Of a stretch of DNA of 64,000 nt, positions 26,901 to 34,497 are shown piece after piece. This DNA is from Lingula anatina. Taxonomy: Eukaryota; Animalia; Brachiopoda. Position 1 is the stretch's first letter; the number at the start of each line of letters is the position of its first letter. Both the position numbers and the translations under genes were made by a program. Under the pieces are notes generated by a model. That model did not search any database and was not told where the DNA came from. It was given only the letters and a program-made list of their open reading frames with translations. The stretch spans positions 3,348,001 to 3,412,000 of the forward strand of contig CM120649.1 of assembly GCA_051362555.1 (NCBI GenBank), written 5' to 3'.

Positions 26901-29900
26901 CTTTTTCGAGTTTTTTCTTTTGCGTGACGCGCAGGTTTTTCCCCCATGCGAAGTACTACTGCGTGTCTAGCACCGCCGCCTTTTTGTCTTCCGTGGAATT
27001 TATTAATTATACCTTCGCCTGCTTGGTTCTGATAGTACTTTAAGAGCGCTGTATAGACGGGATCCATCGTTACAGTAAATTTTTGCGTCTAAAATGAAGT
27101 GTTACGACGGTCTTTCTTCCTTGGAACTGAACAAATTCCCCCGTGTCGTCGGTTATATGGATTTTTATTGTCGACAGTTCGTTAGAGATTAGAGGTACGT
27201 AAATAGGCGAATCAAAACTATGCGTGATTGTTTCACCGAATTCCCCCTTGATCGGAACTATGCGCAGTAAATTTGCCGATGTGTCACCTACTAGTTGTGG
27301 TTTTATAATGTCTGTGTAAACATAGAGAGAATCGAAGTCGTCCGTCGTGTTCGCCGGTTTAGTAGCTGTAGTATCCTTGGATATATTAACATTGTCGAAA
27401 CCCAGCATATTTCCAATACTCCCGCTGAAGTGAACGCTTGCTCCCGCTTTCAAATGAACCGTCACCTTTTTCGTAATAATGTTGAATGCAAACCGAATGT
27501 TGATTTGGCCTTGAGCAGACATCCCGTTATGAATGGCTGTCAATAGGTCATTTACGTGGGGGTAATACCCATTAGACAACCAAAGCGTTTGAGGTTTTTG
27601 ACCGTCGAAATAATTCAGAGAACTATTTTCCACATTATTCCACGTTTTACAATAAAGTATTTCCGTCAAAGCTACTTCATATTGTCCGTGCAAATATAAC
27701 GAAGAGGACAGCTTAGTTCTAAACGCTTCGGGTCTGTTGCCTGGGAAAAAGTTGAAACTGCTGTTGGAAGGGAGTGTGATGTGAAAGGACGAGGCCATCG
27801 TTCCGACTAATCTTCGGAGGCCGCCGCAAATCCTTTTTTATACTGCTTTGACGCGGGATGCGGGGACCCAACTGTTGAATTTTGAAGGCCAACCCTCCCA
27901 TTTCACGAAATGCACTTTCGATTTACCCTTCCCTCTCGATTTTAAAATTTTTTCAACCCTATACACGTCATCTTTTTTTACGACGCGAATCATTTCTGGT
28001 CCATACATGACACCCTCAATCTCCTCTCCGTCGTAGTCTGCCACCTTGTAGACCGGCGGTGACCTGTTTAAACGTTGCGTTATCGTAAACAACTCCTGCG
28101 TCCAACCCTGCTCGTAGCCTTTCGCAAAGGGGGACCTATGTTTGCTCAGTCGAACGGTGTCTCCGACGTTAAATTTGAACTTTGGTTTTTCTAGTTTTTT
28201 CCCTCCGTAAAGTTTATTCCATACCGCATCCGAATTTTTTTCTTTTGAGGCCTCCGTCGGCGACATGCCTATACTCCGGTGTTTAGCCGCGTTGTACCCC
28301 GTCAGCAGTTGGTCGAGTGCGTGTATGTACGTTAGCGTACTGTTGGCGGTGAAATATTTAAAAAATTTAGATTTCAAAGTCCTGTTCAGCCTTTCCACGA
28401 CAGAGCTTTTTCGTTCCGACTTTGTTGTAAAAAACGATATTCCCTGTTCCTTGAGGTATGCTTGAAATTTCCTATTAGTAAATTCTGTTCCGGCATCTGA
28501 CTGAAGGATAGCCGGTTTTCGACCTTCGGCTAAAATTTTTTTAAACGCTTCTAAAACACTGTCAGCGGTTTTTGTTTTGATAGCAACAACCCATGCAAAT
28601 TTTGAAAATATATCAATCACGGTTAAAAGGTACTTATAACCCTTGTTGTACTTAGATATTTTACCGAGGTCGGCTAAATCTGCCTGCCATTGCTGATCTG
28701 TACGACCAACAAGGACGCGATTGGTGCGAAATCTTTTTCTGACGTTGGCGTGTAGCGTATACGTATCTTGCTTGGCCAAAAACTCTTTAATCTGCTTTAG
28801 GCCGATTTTCTTTTTATCTCTTCGCGTCGCTTCATATAATTTCAATGCGCTTCCAAAGCTAGCGGGGTTGGAAGGATCGTAATATATTTTCTTCAAGTAA
28901 TCGTCTGTCTGTCCCTTACTTTTACCCGCTTGTCGTCTCTTCATCTTTTCAACTTTAAAAGAGTCTGTATGTCCTTTGCATGGGGTTTTTGTCCACTTCG
29001 TCAAAGCCTATGTTTAACAGTGTTTTCACTGTACTGGGCGTGTAGTTAGGTTTTCTTTCGTTGGCGACAAATAGCTGCACTAATTCGCGTCGCTTTTCGG
29101 GCGTCAGCGGAACATTTAGTGGATTCGCAAGTCTCTTCTCGACCGTGTTCATAGTACAGTGCGGACTGTGGCGTTCGTGTTCGACGTCCACTGCATCTCT
29201 CAACGGGTCCCAGTCTCTAAGACTTACGCGGCAGTTAAAACAAAGCACCGCGTCGTCTGTATTTGATGCGTCTTGGTCCCTGTAAAACCCGCTGATGGCT
29301 AAAGGTATAGGGTTGATGAGAAGTTTACCAGGCCAATTGAGAAAACTAAGAATCCTATCTTCTTCTTTACAATAGGGTGTTCGAAAAAACAAGGGCTTGT
29401 CTTCTAGTACACAGTCGGTGAATACTTTACTGTCATCCATTCTTTAACTGTCTGATAAAGTTGTAACTTTTATTTTAATACTCTTTTCGTTAGCCAATAA
29501 AAACAGTGCTGACCAACCAACCAATCAGATACAAAACACCCAGTGTCGTTATTATAGTCTGCATTTAATTTTCATTTCAGATCTACAGCGACCATGGCAC
29601 AGTACAAATGCGAAGTGTGCGGCGCATCCTTCAATCGCACCAGTCACCTTAAACGACACCGGCTCACGCACACGAAGGACAAAAATGTAGCTTGCCCCGA
29701 ATGCGGGAAAACCTTTGCTCGTCGAGATACCATGAATAGGCATCTACGCCTCCACCCGGGGACCTCGACGAGTTCGAGCGAGGAACCAGAGACCTCTTCG
29801 ACGGTTAAAAAACCCAGGATTCAAAGGGGGTCGGGAGCCGCCGGCCGCGTCGTCATGCCCGACAATCTTCTACCCCCGGACGTCGACCCGTCGGTTGCCG

Positions 29901-32900
29901 AAGCGTACGGAACTCATTGGAACAGCATACGGACCAGATCCTCAAGGGGTAACAAACTCCAAGACTGGTACAATATTAGACTGACCACCCTTCAACCCGA
30001 TGCCCTTCGAGACGACCTGGAGCGGATCTTGGAAGATCAACGCACGGCGTTCAAGATCAACGTGTCGTACGGTTTTTTCTTAAGAAACAACGAGACCGGG
30101 CAGTTGAGGTACTACCACCCCAGCAGCAACAACCATTGCTTCTTAGAAGCGCCCGCTGTGATCCGCCACCGCCAGGATCTCGACGGTTTCTTCCACAACA
30201 TTACCGCCAGAGATGTCTTAGAATGTGCTCGACAGGAGCGGCCAAATTCGAAGTGGGTGGTAGACACGGTCACCAACGCCACGTTTTACGTGACGAAGTT
30301 AAAGGGTCACCCCATCGGGTGCGGGATCGACCTACCTTCCTTCGTGCTAAACAACAGGGGTCTGGTTGCCCTGCAAAAAAACAACCGAGGAAAAACGTAC
30401 CACGACAATCTCTGCCTCTTTCGGTGCCTCGCCTTGCACAAAGGTTCATCCGTCAGAGGACTGGAAACAACAACGAAGAAACTCTTTGATAAGTACAGGG
30501 AAAGCAAAAGAAAATGCAAACGCAAAGGTTTCCAAGGCGTGGCGCTCCATCGACTCCACAAGGTGGAAGCCCTCTTCGAGGTAAACATCGTCGTGTACGA
30601 ACTGCAGCAAAACGAAGACGGGGACGTGTTTGCAGAACTCGTTCGTCGTTCGACTGGCAAGTACAACGACACCATGTCGCTGAACGTGCACGAAAATCAT
30701 TTTTCGTACATACGCGACGTGGGCAAATACTGCCACTCGTTTTGCTGTTCGAGGTGCAGCAAAATGTTCAAAAGCAAACACATGCTCAGTCGTCACGAAC
30801 GGACCTGCGACGTCCTCGTAGAGCACCGTTTTCCCGGCAAGGCGTACGCTCCCCAGCCCACCGTATTCGACCTCCTCGAAGACGAGGGCATTTTCGTCCC
30901 CGAGGAAGACAGGTACTATCGATATCGGGCGACTTTCGATATCGAGTGTCTGCTACCCCGTACGGAGGACCCGCAGCACAGCGAAAAGCTGAGCTTAGAA
31001 CACGAACATCGTTTCCTCAGCGTCAGCGTGTGCAGCAACGTGCCTGGTCACACGAAGCCGGAATGCATCGTATCCGAGGACGATCCTGCCCTAGCCGTGC
31101 AGCAGTTCCTAGAAATATTGCAGAATATAAGCCGCGCGGCTGAAAAACTTCTAACCAACAAGTTTGCCTGGATCTTCGAAAAACTTAACGAAAAAATAGA
31201 ACAAAACATTCAAAAAACGATACAGGAAAGTGAAGTCGTGGAAGAAGATGAAGAAACCTTAACAAACAAACATTACTTATCAAAACTAAGCCGTAGATTT
31301 AGTCAATATTTAATGGAATTACCCGTATTAGGTTTCAACAGCGGGCGTTACGACCTTAACGCCATGAAAACGCTGTTTTTTCCGTTGTTGTTGGACACCT
31401 TAAAATTTGTCGTAAAACGCAACAACAATTTCATGGTGTTGAAATCGGAACGCCTAAAAATCTTAGACATCTGCAACTATTTGGCTCCCGGATGCAGCTA
31501 TAGTCAGTTCTTAAAAGCTTTCGAGTGTGCCGAGTCCAAGGGGTTCTTCCCTTACGAGTGGATGGACTCTTTGGACAAACTCGAATGTCCTAACCTCCCT
31601 CCCCGCGAAGCGTTTTACTCGAAATTAAAACAAAGTAATATCACAGAGGACGATTACGCGGAGTGTCAACGCGTTTGGCATGAAAACCACATGCAAACAA
31701 TGCGCGATTTCCTCGAGTGGTATAACAACAAAGACGTTGAACCGATGCTGGAGGCGGTAGAAAAAATGTTCGCCTTTTACCTTGAGAGGGGTATTGATAT
31801 GTTTAAAGATGGTATTAGTGTACCAGGTTTGACATTGAAATACCTGTTTCAAAATGTAGGAGACGCATTTTTCACTCTCTTCGACGATAAGAACAGCGAT
31901 CTTTACTACCTTCTAAAAAACGCTATCGTAGGAGGTCCCAGCATCATCTTTCATCGTTACCACGAGAGAAATAAGACCTTTCTTCGAAAGGTGACATCCG
32001 AAGCTCCCAAGCTGTGCAAAAAGATCGTCGGGTACGACGCTAATGCCCTGTACCTGTGGTGTTTGATGCAACCCATGCCCACGGGCACGTTTATACGCAG
32101 ACGCGAAGAGTCCGAGTATACGCGTGAATATTCTCACCCGCGAGGCCGTGAGGCCACGATGTGGTTAGACTGGGTCGCTCATTCGAGCAATATTCGCATT
32201 CGACATCAGTTCAACGGTACGGAAAAGCGCGTCGGGTACCGTCAGCTACCGGTGGATGGGTTTTGTCGAGAGACACAGGCCGTGTATCAGTACCACGGGT
32301 GTTATTTTCACGGTCATCGGTGCCATTTAAACCGAAACAAAGATGGCACCTACAAAGAAATAAATGACACGAAAAAGGTCACTATGGAATCTTTACGTAT
32401 AGAAACTGAAATTAATAGCGAGTACATTCGGGAATGCGGCTACGATCTCGTCGAAATGTGGGAGTGTGAGTGGAAAAAACTTCAACGCGAAAGCGAAGAA
32501 GTGAAGCATTTCGTGACACAGTACACACTTCCCACAGAGCACAAATATCGGCTCACGTTCGGCGAGATCCTAGACGCGATTCGCAATGATAATCTGTTTG
32601 GCTTCGTCGAGTGCGACGTAGAAGTCCCGCCGGAACTTAGACCAAAATTTTCAGAAATGCCACCCATTTTTAAAAACACAACCGTTTCCCGCGACGACAT
32701 CGGTCCTTTCATGAAACGTTTCGCTGAAGAAAACCGCATCATGAGTGTCCCGAGACGTTCGTTGATCGGGAGTTTTTTCGGTGAAAAAATTGTTTTGGCG
32801 ACCCCGCTTTTGAAATGGTACCTAAACCACGGTCTTCGCGTGACACGCATCCACCAGGTAGTCGAATACACCCCGAAAGCCTGTTTCGAGCATTTCGGAA

Positions 32901-34447
32901 ACTCCGTGAGTGACGCTCGCAGGGAGGGAGACAGGGACAAGACCAAAGCCATCGTCGCCGACACCATGAAGCTGATCGGCAACTCGGGCTACGGGAAAAC
33001 GGTGACCAACAAAGAAAAGCACCGAGATGTGCAATATTGCGGCGAGGCAAAAGCCTCACAAAAAGTCAACAGTCACCGTTTTCGGCGTTTAGATAAAATT
33101 TGCGAAAACGCGTACGAGGTCGAGCTTAACAAAAAAATCATCAAATTCGACCTTCCTCTTCAGATAGGCGTGATGGTGTATCAGTACGCCAAGCTACGCA
33201 TGTTAGAGTTTTACTACGACTTCATGCTGAAATTCGTGGATCCGTCCGATTTCCAATATTGCGAAATGGACACGGATTCCGCGTACATCGCCTTCTCAGC
33301 GGAAAGCTTAGAAGAAGTAGTTAAACCTCACATGAGAGCGCAGTACGAAGCCGAGAAACATCTGTGGTTTCCGCGTACTGATACCCCAGAACACGAAGCC
33401 TACGACAAACGCACGCCCGGGTTGTTTAAAGCTGAGTGGGTCGGTGACGGTATCGTTGGTCTCTGTAGTAAGACGTACTACTGTTTCGGGGAAAACACCG
33501 ACCCGAAATTTAGCTGCAAAGGGGTCAATAGAAATAGTAATAACACAGATAAAAGTAAGTATTTAGATGTACTTTTAAATAAACAAAGCGGTAGTGGCGT
33601 CAATAGGGGGATACGTTTATTTAACAATACTATGTATTCGTATCTTCAACATAGAGACGCCTTTAGTTATTTCTATTCTAAACGAAAAGTGCTAGAAGAT
33701 GGGGTATCTACTGAACCCTTAGATATCTAGTGTCTTTTAAATAAAATATGCATACAAGGAGCAGCGGTGTTTATTTTTTTCTTTTCAATGACCTTTAACG
33801 CGCTTTACACGCATGGGCACCAAACGCGTTCTTCTGTGAAAAATAGTGTAGAGTGGGTCTTTACAGTAAACGATATAACGTTTGATTGACACCTTCACTC
33901 TTTCCTAAGAGCATAATACGGGCCAGCTAAGAGACATCAGTAATGAAAATATCAATTTACTGCATGGTTAGTGCAGACCGGTTGGGCGCAATGTATTTCA
34001 AAAGGTTTCTAGCTCATGCGAGCCTTAACGCATTCCGTAGACTCACAAACACGAGACGGGTGCCGGCGCACCAAACGTATTCGTCTGCGTATTTCTAGAA
34101 AAGGGGGTCGAAGCGTCCTCCTTCACGCTTCTTTGCTCGCTACACAATTATATTTATTCTTTAACAAAAAACCTTCTAGATTTTATTGAATCGTCTTTGA
34201 AATTTGCTCGTCCCTCGTTTACACTAAAATGATTGTCATTAAAATTCGCTTGCAAAGCCTCCATTCTGCTTCAGGGGTCACTAAGAAATTGCATTAAAAT
34301 TATACTGCCCCGCAAAAGGTTCAAGGTTCACTAAAAAAAATTACATTGAAAGTATATAGCCCCGTTCCAAAATGCAGGTCGAAAACGACTTACTTATACT
34401 ACTCACTTTACCTCTAACAGTCAACTTTTACTTGCAATTACTTTTAC

Positions 34448-34497
<50 letters not shown>

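Larger units (their letters stand above)
17114..34403. mobile_element. Full-length Maverick/Polinton (endogenous adintovirus-like dsDNA virus), 17,290 bp
   Basis: Termini AGTAGT...ACTACT; 6-bp TSD CACTTT at 17108-17113 and 34404-34409; long TIRs. pPolB, integrase, ATPase, protease, MCP and mCP ORFs are all uninterrupted. Confidence 0.97.

Noticed and set aside
30136-33059. Alternative-frame and antisense ORFs inside pPolB
   Set aside because: Expected shadows of a GC-rich coding sequence.
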